The notes beneath the pieces were generated by a model. That model searched no databases and was not told the origin of the DNA. It worked only from the letters and a program-made list of their open reading frames with translations. From an uncultured Lachnospiraceae bacterium (lineage in GTDB: Bacteria; Bacillota; Clostridia; Lachnospirales; Lachnospiraceae): 64,000 nt of DNA. The position numbers and the translations under genes are program-made. Below are positions 18,742 through 27,973 of this stretch, in pieces (within the stretch, counting starts at the first letter, position 1; each line of letters begins with the position of its first letter). The stretch is from assembly GCA_910586715.1 (NCBI GenBank), contig CAJUJG010000012.1, forward strand, positions 3,482-67,481, in the 5' to 3' direction.

Positions 18742-19611
18742 ATGCCGCTGCCGCTTTTACCCCAACAGGACTTTTATATCACACACCGAATCCTGCCTTT
18801 TGACTACGCAATGCCTGCATTGGAGGCATCCACGGACCACTATGGTATGGGATATGTCATCTCAGGCGACCGCTTTACCATCACACCGAAGCACACCTAT
18901 TATCACCGCAAGGGAGAGCTTGGAATGATGCCGCCGTATCTCTATCACAGGACAATGCCGCTCTCACCCGAAGCAGGTATACCATACGAGGGTATCCTTG
19001 TCAAGTTTTCCCCTAAATTTATAGAACCGTTTACTGCCTCCGTAGGTCAGTCTGTTTTTGATGATATTTATTCGCACAGAGTTTCAAAATTTCTTCCCGA
19101 AGACAGCGAAAAAATACTTGCGCACCTTAGGAAAATGCTTGAAACATATAAGAGCGATTTTCCGCAGAAAACCGCCCTTCTTCAATATATGCTCTATGAA
19201 TTTTTATTGACGGTGCTTTGGCTGCGTCTCGACGACGATGATTCCATTCCGCACAATACAACGCTGACGCCTCCCATACTTGAAGCAATCTTCTATATGG
19301 AGCAAAACTACAGCAAAAACCCCTCTCTTGAGGAAACGGCTGCCGTTGCAGGTTATTCGCCCGCATACTTTTCCAAACTGTTTCATGCGCAGCTTGGCAA
19401 ATCCTATTCGGATTATTTCGCCGTTATCAAGTTAAAGCATGTGCAGCATCTGTTGCTGTCCACCGACAAAACCATCACGGAAATTGCCCTCGATACAGGT
19501 TACCGCCATGTCAGCAACCTAAGTGAGCATTTCCGAAAACTGACAGGGATGTCACCCTTACAATACCGGAGGCTGCAAAAAACAAGCGCCGACGCACTCA
19601 ATCCAAAATAA
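18742..19611 (+). CDS. AraC-family transcriptional regulator
   Basis: N-terminal cupin-like region; C-terminal YSPAYFSKLF...ITEIALDTGY..F.K.TGMSP double HTH; AAGGAG RBS. Confidence 0.9.
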   Translation: MPLPLLPQQDFYITHRILPFDYAMPALEASTDHYGMGYVISGDRFTITPKHTYYHRKGELGMMPPYLYHRTMPLSPEAGIPYEGILVKFSPKFIEPFTASVGQSVFDDIYSHRVSKFLPEDSEKILAHLRKMLETYKSDFPQKTALLQYMLYEFLLTVLWLRLDDDDSIPHNTTLTPPILEAIFYMEQNYSKNPSLEETAAVAGYSPAYFSKLFHAQLGKSYSDYFAVIKLKHVQHLLLSTDKTITEIALDTGYRHVSNLSEHFRKLTGMSPLQYRRLQKTSADALNPK

Positions 19612-19631
19612 GGTACCTGCCTTGGCAATCC

Positions 19632-21527
19632 TTATTTTGTAATTGAGAGCGTTTTCCATGCAATTTTGTTTTCCTCAGCATCCATTCCCTCCGTAATGCC
19701 AAGCGCCGTTCTGTTTTTCTCCACACGTGCCCACGCTTCGTCGCTCGTGAGAAAACGAATACCCATACGCGCTTCGTTGTCTTTAATGTAATCCGTTACA
19801 ATGTTGCGTTCCTCGTCTGTGACGTCATCTAAAATATAGTAGGAATAAAGCGTTTCCCCGTTCATCTCATATTCGCAAAATTCCGCCGGAAATCCTTCGT
19901 TATCGCTTGAATCCCAAACCTCCCAGCAGGAACTCATGTCCGTCAATCCGCACCCCGTTTCCATGTGACAGTCATAAACCTTATGATAAATGCCGTCTGC
20001 GCCGATTAATCCTTCCCACACATAATGGCACGATGCACCGCCGCTCCCGCCGCCAAACACATAGCCATTATCATATAGTTCATTCTCACTGCGTGCCCAC
20101 GAATCAACCGCGTATATCATGGAAACCGCCCCGTCCTGATAGTCAAACACCATCGTAAGGTCGCTGTCATCGTCCGGTGCGTAAATATTCACGCCGTACG
20201 CGCGCAGCGCAAGCTGCTTTTTACCGTCACCGCCGCAGTCAATCAACGCGTACTCCATGCGCCCGATGCTGCCCCCGCCCCTGTCTTCAACAATTTCATT
20301 GGAAATCCGTTCATACAGCTGCGTTACGGAAAGACCGTCCTTCTCCTCCCTGGTGGCGCTGTCTGTTATCGTACCTCCGATGTAAGAAATATCGGTATAA
20401 CAGTTATTTGCAATCTTTGCAGTGCGTTTTCCCGTAAGAAATTCTTCATACGCCGCCACTTCTGCGCCTGTCTGCGTCTCCTCAAACAGATTTGTGACAC
20501 TTGTGCCATTTATTGGCACTTCCCCGGAATCCGCTTTCGGCAGCCCACATATGCCAGTCGAAGCATACCTGTTATCTTCAAAATCCTCAACATACCAATC
20601 ACTCACATAAATGTTTCCATCCTCATCCCAGTCAAACAAAAATACGGCGTTTCCAACTCCGTCCGCAATGCTCCCCGCATACAGATATTCATATCCCGCA
20701 AGATACTGTCTGCCGTCCTGCTCAAGCAGCGCAAGCGTGTGATAGCCCCTGCAGTTTGCGCCGCCGCCCCAATCCTCGTCATCCTCCGCAATCCCCATCA
20801 AAATCGTATCGTTAAGATAAGGACAGGAGATTCTGTAAACATTATTTTCATTGTCCCGCTCCACATCAACGAAAAGCCCGACGTCATAGTCGTGGTCCGT
20901 ATCCGTAAAATCCGTAGGAAGCTCCATGCGTTCAATTGCCTTGTCTTTATATTTTACCATAAATTTCTGACTGTCCCCTGCGCCGCCGCAGCCCGTTCCC
21001 TGCACGCAAAAAACAATTTCCGTATTCCCGTCGCCGTCAATATCCGCCCCAAAATCACCGAAAATGCTGCCAAAACTGTAGCAGCAGAAATCGTCATAAA
21101 TCGGATACGGCGTTTCGTCATCATTCATAAAAAGATAAAGACAGCCGTCCGCGTAGCTGTCGGAGTCTTCAGTATCCTCATAAAGGCAGACAATCATATC
21201 CTTTTTGCCGTTTTGATCGTAATCGTTTATCACCGCTCCGGTAAGACGTGTATTTTCTTTTTCCAGAATTTTACTGTCCGTTATTTTTTGGTACAATTCA
21301 CCTGCATCTGCGTCCGACAGGTTGTAGAACGCTGCTGCCATTTCATGAAACCGGCTTTCAGACAGGAAGACGCGTTCCTCCGGCTCTGTGGCAGTTTCTG
21401 TGTCGAACGAAATGGTCGTTATGGGTTCCGTTGAAGCTACATCTACTGTATCTTTTTTATTTTGACATGCGGCAGTTGACAGAATCAACATACCAATGCA
21501 AAGCGTAAATGCACATTTAGATTTCAT
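19632..21527 (-). CDS. Acidic lipoprotein with DxDxDG-type motifs, unknown function
   Basis: Lipobox-like STAAC; DYDQNG, DIDGDG and DCGGDG motifs; very Asp/Glu-rich. Confidence 0.75.
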   Translation of the reverse strand: MKSKCAFTLCIGMLILSTAACQNKKDTVDVASTEPITTISFDTETATEPEERVFLSESRFHEMAAAFYNLSDADAGELYQKITDSKILEKENTRLTGAVINDYDQNGKKDMIVCLYEDTEDSDSYADGCLYLFMNDDETPYPIYDDFCCYSFGSIFGDFGADIDGDGNTEIVFCVQGTGCGGAGDSQKFMVKYKDKAIERMELPTDFTDTDHDYDVGLFVDVERDNENNVYRISCPYLNDTILMGIAEDDEDWGGGANCRGYHTLALLEQDGRQYLAGYEYLYAGSIADGVGNAVFLFDWDEDGNIYVSDWYVEDFEDNRYASTGICGLPKADSGEVPINGTSVTNLFEETQTGAEVAAYEEFLTGKRTAKIANNCYTDISYIGGTITDSATREEKDGLSVTQLYERISNEIVEDRGGGSIGRMEYALIDCGGDGKKQLALRAYGVNIYAPDDDSDLTMVFDYQDGAVSMIYAVDSWARSENELYDNGYVFGGGSGGASCHYVWEGLIGADGIYHKVYDCHMETGCGLTDMSSCWEVWDSSDNEGFPAEFCEYEMNGETLYSYYILDDVTDEERNIVTDYIKDNEARMGIRFLTSDEAWARVEKNRTALGITEGMDAEENKIAWKTLSITK

Positions 21528-21685
21528 TTTGTATTCCCCTTTATTTATCTGTTTTATCTCTGTTCATCAACTATTTATTATCTCATTAAAATATGTACAA
21601 TTGATTATAAAACAGAAATGCATATTTTTTGCATACTATTATCAGTATTTAAAAAATAATTGAATTCATGTAAATATGAATATTC

Positions 21686-21701
21686 CTTACATTTTTGTAA
21701 G
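21686..21701. promoter_or_regulatory. BceR/GraR-type operator
   Basis: CTTACA-TTTT-TGTAAG matches the TNACA-N4-TGTAA consensus; lies about 40 bp upstream of TATAAT (21739-21744). Confidence 0.6.
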
Positions 21702-21823
21702 ATTCATATTTTTCATTTTCAGCACGCAGAAAAAACGTTATAATACTTTCATACACATATAGGCAGCGCTGTCTGCCATGAATTGTACATAATCAGAACA
21801 CGAAAACGGAGGCAGATGCAAGT

Positions 21824-22504
21824 ATGGATAACAAAATAAAACTGATGATCATCGAAGACGACGCGGCGCTCGCGCGGGAACTTTGCGCCTGCCTTGCAAA
21901 ATGGCAGTATGAAGCAGTCACGGCACAAAATTTTGAAAATCTTCTTCAGGAATTTATGGACGAAAAACCGCAGCTCGTACTGATGGACATAAATCTGCCT
22001 TATCACGACGGGTTTTACTGGTGCGGCAAAATCCGTCAGATATCTAAAGTGCCGATTATTTATATCAGCAGCCGCGGCGGCGACCGGGATAAAATCACGG
22101 CAGTCGCACAGGGCGGCGACGATTATGTAGAAAAGCCGTTTCATATGGAGCTGTTAAAGGCAAAGATTGAGGCATTGCTGCGCAGGACTTATGAATATAA
22201 GGTAACGGAGCGTCTTTTTCTAAGCGCGGGACTTTCGTTTGACAGCGCACTGCAAAGTCTTTACTTTGCGGGGAACGAGATTGATTTGACAAAATCAGAG
22301 CGGCGGCTTTTTGCGCGTCTTGCGCAGAACAAGCCGGACGTCGTGACGCGCGATGAATTGATGATGGAGCTGTGGAACACGGATGAATATGTGACGGACG
22401 CGGCACTCACAACCATTATCAGCAGGCTGCGCAGCAAGCTGAGTACAGTCTGCGGCGAGGATGTAATCTTTACAAAGAAAGGGCTGGGGTATTTTGTAAA
22501 ATGA
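21824..22504 (+). CDS. OmpR-family response regulator (BceR/GraR-like)
   Basis: IIEDD, MDINLP..DGFYWC and GGDDYVEKPF motifs; winged-helix C-terminus. Confidence 0.9.
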   Translation: MDNKIKLMIIEDDAALARELCACLAKWQYEAVTAQNFENLLQEFMDEKPQLVLMDINLPYHDGFYWCGKIRQISKVPIIYISSRGGDRDKITAVAQGGDDYVEKPFHMELLKAKIEALLRRTYEYKVTERLFLSAGLSFDSALQSLYFAGNEIDLTKSERRLFARLAQNKPDVVTRDELMMELWNTDEYVTDAALTTIISRLRSKLSTVCGEDVIFTKKGLGYFVK

Positions 22505-23520
22505 AATGGATAAAGAAAAAATGGCGCGATTATGTCGTCCTGCTGTTTTTTGCATTGAGTTTTAATCTGTATTTTCTGTTATTAATGCGCACATCGCAGG
22601 TAACATATCTGTTGTATCTTGATTTGCTTTTATTTGTCTTTTGGGCGATTGCGGAAGGTACGGCTTTTTTTGTTTTTTGGAAAAAAGAGCGCAGGAAAGC
22701 AAATTTTTTGAGTGAAGACGAATTGATATACGATGTACTTTCCATGCCTGATGACCGGGAGGTTTTTGCACACGATTTTGCAATTTTGGAACGTCATATT
22801 CAAAATGGCTTTAACGCGAACTGCGATTTACAGGACTATGTGGCAAAATGGTGTCATGAATATAAAATACCGCTTACGGCGGCGCTTTTGGTGTCGGAAA
22901 AAATAACTGACACAAGTGTCAGAATTTCAATGCAGGAACAGCTTGAACGCATGAATTTACAGGTCAATCATATGCTGCAGGGCTGCCGGCTGCAAAGTCC
23001 GCTGTTTGATTTGCAGATCAGGCAGGTGCCGTTAAAAGAGTGTGTGCGGGCGTCCATTCGGAACAATCAGTTCTTTTTGATTCGGAATAAATTTCAAATA
23101 AACATGACGGTCGGTGATGATGTGACGGTCTATACCGATGAGACGTGGCTTACATATATTTTAGACCAGATTTTAAGCAATGCGGTGAAGTACGCGAAGG
23201 CGGCGGAGGAAGCGCAGGAGGAACGCTGCATCCGGATTTGGTGTGAACGGTTTCATGAAACGATTGCACTTTTGATTGAGGATAACGGAGAAGGGATTGC
23301 AGAATGCGATATACGGCGTGTTTTTGAAAAAGGGTATACGGGGAGCAATTATCATAACGGGAAGTATAAGTCCACGGGAATGGGGCTGTATTTGGCAATG
23401 CAGATTGCAAAAAAGCTGGAGCATGAATTGTCTGTTGAGAGTGTCTGCGGAGCGTATACGCGGTTTCGGATTGCACTGCGCGGCTATAAGAACGAAAATG
23501 CGGACTCCATAAAACTGTAA
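22501..23520 (+). CDS. Intramembrane-sensing histidine kinase (BceS/GraS-like)
   Basis: Two closely spaced transmembrane helices; WCHEYKIP H-box; NAVKY, DNGEGI and STGMGL motifs. Confidence 0.9.
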   Translation: MKWIKKKWRDYVVLLFFALSFNLYFLLLMRTSQVTYLLYLDLLLFVFWAIAEGTAFFVFWKKERRKANFLSEDELIYDVLSMPDDREVFAHDFAILERHIQNGFNANCDLQDYVAKWCHEYKIPLTAALLVSEKITDTSVRISMQEQLERMNLQVNHMLQGCRLQSPLFDLQIRQVPLKECVRASIRNNQFFLIRNKFQINMTVGDDVTVYTDETWLTYILDQILSNAVKYAKAAEEAQEERCIRIWCERFHETIALLIEDNGEGIAECDIRRVFEKGYTGSNYHNGKYKSTGMGLYLAMQIAKKLEHELSVESVCGAYTRFRIALRGYKNENADSIKL

Positions 23521-23532
23521 GACTGCTGTAAG
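23515..23532 (+). promoter_or_regulatory. Response-regulator binding site upstream of the ABC operon
   Basis: CTGTAAG direct repeat with 11-bp period (also reads TAAGA-N4-TGTAA); TACAAT -10 at about 23554. Confidence 0.5.
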
Positions 23533-23604
23533 GATTTTTACAAAAAAATACACTACAATACATACATCATATTAAAATACAAAAAACACAAACGGAGGTT
23601 TGAT

Positions 23605-24366
23605 ATGAACGACAAAAAAGTAGTGGAAATTAAAAATCTGATAAAATGTTACGGCGCGCGGGATTTTCAGACGACGGTGCTAAAGGGGATTGACCTGACG
23701 ATTTACAAAGGGGATTTTATTGCAATTATGGGACCCTCAGGCTCCGGCAAGACGACACTCTTAAATATTCTCTCAACCATTGACAAGCCGACACAGGGCA
23801 TGGTGATGCTCGACGGGCAGGATGTGACGTGCATTTCCAATAAAGCGCTCGCAAATCTTCGAAAGGACAAAATCGGCTTCATCTTTCAGGACTACAACCT
23901 ATTGGACACAATGACGCTGCAGGACAACATCGCTCTCCCGCTCGCGCTTGACGGCGCCTCACCGAAGGATATTCTTGCGCGGGCAAAGACGCTTGCCGCC
24001 ACTTTCGGACTAGAGGAGCAGCTACGCCAGTATCCCTATCAGCTCTCAGGCGGTCAGAAACAGCGCGGCGCGGTGTGTCGGGCGCTGATAACAAATCCTG
24101 AAATTATCTTTGCCGACGAGCCGACCGGTGCGCTCGATTCCAAGTCAGGCAAAGACCTGCTGCAGTGTCTGCGCAAGGTCAACGAAAGCGGACAGGCAAC
24201 GATTTTGATGGTGACGCACGATCCATACTGCGCCTCATACGCAAAAGACGTGTATCTCTTGAGCGACGGCACCATAAAATGCCGCATCAACAGAGGAAAT
24301 GACCGCAAGGAATTTTACAACAGAATTATTGATTTACAAACTTCTATCGGAGGTGACTTCGCATGA
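23605..24366 (+). CDS. ABC ATPase, BceA/LolD-like
   Basis: GPSGSGKT, LSGGQKQR, FADEPTGALD and MVTHD motifs. Confidence 0.9.
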   Translation: MNDKKVVEIKNLIKCYGARDFQTTVLKGIDLTIYKGDFIAIMGPSGSGKTTLLNILSTIDKPTQGMVMLDGQDVTCISNKALANLRKDKIGFIFQDYNLLDTMTLQDNIALPLALDGASPKDILARAKTLAATFGLEEQLRQYPYQLSGGQKQRGAVCRALITNPEIIFADEPTGALDSKSGKDLLQCLRKVNESGQATILMVTHDPYCASYAKDVYLLSDGTIKCRINRGNDRKEFYNRIIDLQTSIGGDFA

Positions 24367-26294
24367 AAATCGTCCGGCTTGCCTTTTTGAATTTTAAAAA
24401 CAGCTTCAAAAGCTACCTGTCCTTAGTCCTGTCCCTTGCGTTTACAATACTGGTATTTTTCAACTTCCAAAATATCATTCATTCCGACGCGTTCGCAATA
24501 TTGGGACAGCGCAACAAGGACTACATCGACACGCTGATTCAAATCTGCCTGACTGTGCTCCTGTGCTTTCTCTTCTTTTTCCTTTGGTATGCGACCAACG
24601 TCTTTCTGACAAGGCGCAAACGGGAAATCGGCATTTATATCTTTATGGGCATGTCAAACCGCAAAATCGGCAGTCTTTATCTTGTGGAAATCAGCTTTGT
24701 GGGTGCCACCGCGCTTATAATGGGTATCGTATTCGGCGCGCTCTTTGCAGGACTGTTTCAAATGATTATGGGCGCCGTTTCCGACATCACAGTCGATGTC
24801 AGGTTCGGAATTTCCATAAAAGCCATAAAAATGACATCTGTGTCATTTTTATCCATGTATCTGTTTTTTGCCCTCAAGGGCTTTTGGAATATCACCCACA
24901 GCAGCGTGCTGAATATGATTTCGGCTGCAAAGCAAAACGAATATCTGCATGTCAAACCGGTTGTTTTGCTGCTGAAAGCCGCTTTGGGTGCAATCGTACT
25001 TGCGTCGGGATATTATTATGCGAACAAGGGCGGCAGGAATGACACACTGACAAATGCCCTGCTGGCAGTCGTTCTTGTGATTATCGGCGTATATCTGCTG
25101 TTTGGCGGTCTGATACCGCTTGTCTTTCAAATGCTTGCCGCATGCAAGGGCTTTTTATATCGCGGGCAGCGGTGTCTGTGGGTGAATCAGACCATTTTCC
25201 GCATGCGCAAAAATTACCGCACATATGCAATGGTGTGCATTATGGGTATTTGTTCTGTCACTGCACTGGCAACAGGTTTTGCGATGAGAGACCGCTACGA
25301 CAACATGGTTGCATTCAATCATCAGTATACCTTTCAGTTTATCAGCAACCAAAGCAATATCGAAAAAACCACCCAAACGCTGCTCGACGGAAAAAGCCCC
25401 ATTACCTATCAAAGCGCGCTCTGCGCACTTTCACCTGACAGCGAACAGCTCTTGTCCACCTACTCTGACGTGCGGCAAATGCACCTTCTGCTCTCCTACT
25501 CCGACATACAGCGGGTTGCACAGGAGGCAGGCGTGACATTTGCGTTTGCAGAACCTGCGGACGACGAAGTTTACTACCTTTCCCATTTGGTTCTGCTGTC
25601 CTTTATCACAAACGGGGAGGCGGAGCCTGTCACAATCGCGGGAAAAACGTATCGGCAGACGCAGCGGATTATGACGCCTTATTTGGGATATATGCAGAAG
25701 GAACTGGCGTGTTTCTACATCGTTTCCGACAGGGAATATGAGCGGTTAAAAGCGCAAAGCGGATTGTATTATATCTGTAATTACAAGCTTGCGGACGACA
25801 ACGCTTTTGAGGAGGCGCGCGCAGCCTTTGACGCGATTGTCAGCAATACGGACGAAAACTATACCGCGCGTGTTTCGATTGATCCTTTCAGTAATGAGGG
25901 AGAGTGGATTAAGGCGGTTTATTCGCTTTGCATCTTTATGTTTTTGGTGTTTATCGTGGCAAGCGGCTGCATTATGTTTATGAAACTGTACAACGATTCG
26001 TTTGAGGAAACGGAGCGGTATACAGTTTTAATAAAGCTTGGATTTTCGACAAGGACGCTCTCGGCATCCATTGCGCATGAGCTGGTGACGGCGTATCTGC
26101 TGCCCTTTGTCGTGATGACAGTATCCGCGTATTTTTCTGTCCTTGCACTTGGGAAAATGATGCGTGCCGACTTGTTTGTGATTTATGTTGTCAGTACGAT
26201 TGTGGTGTTAATTGTATTTGTATTATTTTGCGCACTTTCCATTGTGGTATATCAAAGAACGCTGTCGGTTACTGTCAGACGTCCACGTAGGTAG
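24363..26294 (+). CDS. FtsX-like ABC permease, BceB-like (antimicrobial peptide resistance)
   Basis: About 640 aa, multiple transmembrane helices with one large extracellular loop; RKREIGIY..GM motif; adjacent to BceRS- and BceA-like genes. Confidence 0.85.
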   Translation: MKIVRLAFLNFKNSFKSYLSLVLSLAFTILVFFNFQNIIHSDAFAILGQRNKDYIDTLIQICLTVLLCFLFFFLWYATNVFLTRRKREIGIYIFMGMSNRKIGSLYLVEISFVGATALIMGIVFGALFAGLFQMIMGAVSDITVDVRFGISIKAIKMTSVSFLSMYLFFALKGFWNITHSSVLNMISAAKQNEYLHVKPVVLLLKAALGAIVLASGYYYANKGGRNDTLTNALLAVVLVIIGVYLLFGGLIPLVFQMLAACKGFLYRGQRCLWVNQTIFRMRKNYRTYAMVCIMGICSVTALATGFAMRDRYDNMVAFNHQYTFQFISNQSNIEKTTQTLLDGKSPITYQSALCALSPDSEQLLSTYSDVRQMHLLLSYSDIQRVAQEAGVTFAFAEPADDEVYYLSHLVLLSFITNGEAEPVTIAGKTYRQTQRIMTPYLGYMQKELACFYIVSDREYERLKAQSGLYYICNYKLADDNAFEEARAAFDAIVSNTDENYTARVSIDPFSNEGEWIKAVYSLCIFMFLVFIVASGCIMFMKLYNDSFEETERYTVLIKLGFSTRTLSASIAHELVTAYLLPFVVMTVSAYFSVLALGKMMRADLFVIYVVSTIVVLIVFVLFCALSIVVYQRTLSVTVRRPRR

Positions 26295-26515
26295 TGAGAA
26301 GCATGCGCCAAAATGCTTGTCCTTTAGCATTTTGTATGCAAAAATTGTTACTGTATACACCTTCAATGCATAAAATTGTGCCAAAATCAGATGGGCGTGA
26401 ACAGTAACCGCTGCTGTCTGCGCGGGCAAGGCGGTAAACGTCGGGATTGCTAAGATCGTGAAGAATATGATATACTGGAAAAAATTATATCGGTATCCGA
26501 AAAAGGAGGGGTATT

Positions 26516-26980
26516 TTGGAAAACAATCATATTTTTCTTGCCGACGGCGCAGTTGTCGTGGGAGATGTGACGCTTGGCGAGAATGTCGGGATTTGGTATA
26601 ATGCGGTCGTGCGCGGCGATACAAACAGCATTGTGATTGGAAAAAACACCAATGTGCAGGATAATGCAACGCTGCATACGGACAAGGATTATAAGTTAGC
26701 AATCGGCGAGGGCGTGACGATTGGGCACAATGCGGTCGTACACGGCTGTACAGTGGGTGACAATACGGTAATCGGTATGGGCAGCATTCTTTTAAGCGGC
26801 GCTGTTATTGGTAAGGATTGTATCATCGGTGCGGGAGCGCTAGTGACAGGTAAAATGAAAATCCCCGACGGTTCGCTCGTTATGGGAAGTCCCGCAAAAG
26901 TTGTGCGTCCGCTGATGAAGCACGAAATTGCGGCAAATCATGATAATGCGGTCCACTATGTAGAATTGAGCAAACAATAA
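26516..26980 (+). CDS. Gamma carbonic anhydrase-family hexapeptide-repeat protein
   Basis: IWYNAVVRGD, NVQDNATLH and IGHNAVVHGC motifs; TTG start after AGGAGG. Confidence 0.9.
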   Translation: MENNHIFLADGAVVVGDVTLGENVGIWYNAVVRGDTNSIVIGKNTNVQDNATLHTDKDYKLAIGEGVTIGHNAVVHGCTVGDNTVIGMGSILLSGAVIGKDCIIGAGALVTGKMKIPDGSLVMGSPAKVVRPLMKHEIAANHDNAVHYVELSKQ

Positions 26981-27023
26981 AACACAAAAACATTACCAAA
27001 ACTATTATAAATAACAGTTCCTT

Positions 27024-27052
27024 TCATAAATCCTTTCACCCTCTCATAGAAT
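27024..27052 (+). promoter_or_regulatory. Sigma-E-like sporulation promoter of spoIIID
   Basis: TCATAAA-14 nt-CATAGAAT resembles the mother-cell sigma-E consensus; spoIIID is a known sigma-E target. Confidence 0.55.
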
Positions 27053-27088
27053 GTACAAAGCATTAAAAAGGAGAACCTTTTCCAAATC

Positions 27089-27340
27089 ATGAAGGATTAT
27101 ATTGAGGAACGAGCCATCAATATTGCTATGTATATTATTGATAATAACACGACTGTGAGGCAGACAGCGAAAGCATTTGGCGTATCAAAATCTACAGTAC
27201 ATAAAGATGTTACCTCACGCCTGATGCAGGTCAATCCTACACTTGCTAAGCAGGCACGTGCCGTGCTTGATATCAATAAATCTGAGCGCCACATAAGAGG
27301 CGGACTTGCTACCCGCGAAAAATACCTGCATCGGACATAA
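27089..27340 (+). CDS. spoIIID: Sporulation transcriptional regulator SpoIIID
   Basis: MKDYIEER...TVRQTAKAFGVSKSTVHKD...NKSERHIRGGLAT. Confidence 0.95.
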   Translation: MKDYIEERAINIAMYIIDNNTTVRQTAKAFGVSKSTVHKDVTSRLMQVNPTLAKQARAVLDINKSERHIRGGLATREKYLHRT

Positions 27341-27362
27341 ACGCTTTATACATCTATGTCAT

Positions 27363-27391
27363 AAAAGGACTGTCAACGGATGGTCCTTTTT
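27363..27391 (+). terminator. Intrinsic terminator after spoIIID
   Basis: AAAAGGAC...GTCCTTTTT hairpin with T-tract. Confidence 0.7.
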
Positions 27392-27399
27392 ATTTTGTC

Positions 27400-27447
27400 T
27401 TGACACGATTCCGATTTCGGACTATAATATCTTAAGTACGAAATCAG
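27400..27447 (+). promoter_or_regulatory. Consensus sigma-A promoter with overlapping inverted-repeat operator (probable MarR autorepression site)
   Basis: TTGACA-17 nt-TATAAT; GATTTCGGACT...AGTACGAAATC inverted repeat brackets the -10. Confidence 0.7.
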
Positions 27448-27499
27448 ACTTGAAGTCGTCTAATAATTTCACCATTATATATAGAAAGGACCTCTTTTT

Positions 27500-27973
27500 A
27501 TGACATTACGTATTGCACAAAAACAAAATGAATTTAACCGCCTGACAAAGGCATTCTCAGAATTATATCACGACATATGCGTTCAAATCGGTATATCCGA
27601 CAGCGTTTTTGATATTTTCTATGCAATTACTGCACTTGGCAACGGATGCTGTCAAAAAGATATATGCGACTATGCTTTTACCAGCAAACAAACCATTCAT
27701 TCTTCCATACACAAGCTGGTAAAAGAAAATCTAATTTACCTCGAATCCGGTAAAGGACGGGAACAGCATATTTTCTTAACCCCACAAGGAGAGCAGTTTA
27801 TAAAAGAAAAAATTGCTCCTGTAGTTATCATGGAAAATCAGGCGTGCTCCCTAATGAAACCTGAAGAACTTGATGCACTGCTTCAACTTACGGAAAAATA
27901 TTTTGAATGCTTATCCATCAAAAAAAACAATCTGACCCTCCCAAAAGAAAGGACTGCTGAAAATGAAACATAA
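27500..27973 (+). CDS. MarR-family transcriptional regulator
   Basis: 157 aa; QKDIC...SKQTIHSSIHKL...GRE..IFLTPQG winged HTH. Confidence 0.85.
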   Translation: MTLRIAQKQNEFNRLTKAFSELYHDICVQIGISDSVFDIFYAITALGNGCCQKDICDYAFTSKQTIHSSIHKLVKENLIYLESGKGREQHIFLTPQGEQFIKEKIAPVVIMENQACSLMKPEELDALLQLTEKYFECLSIKKNNLTLPKERTAENET

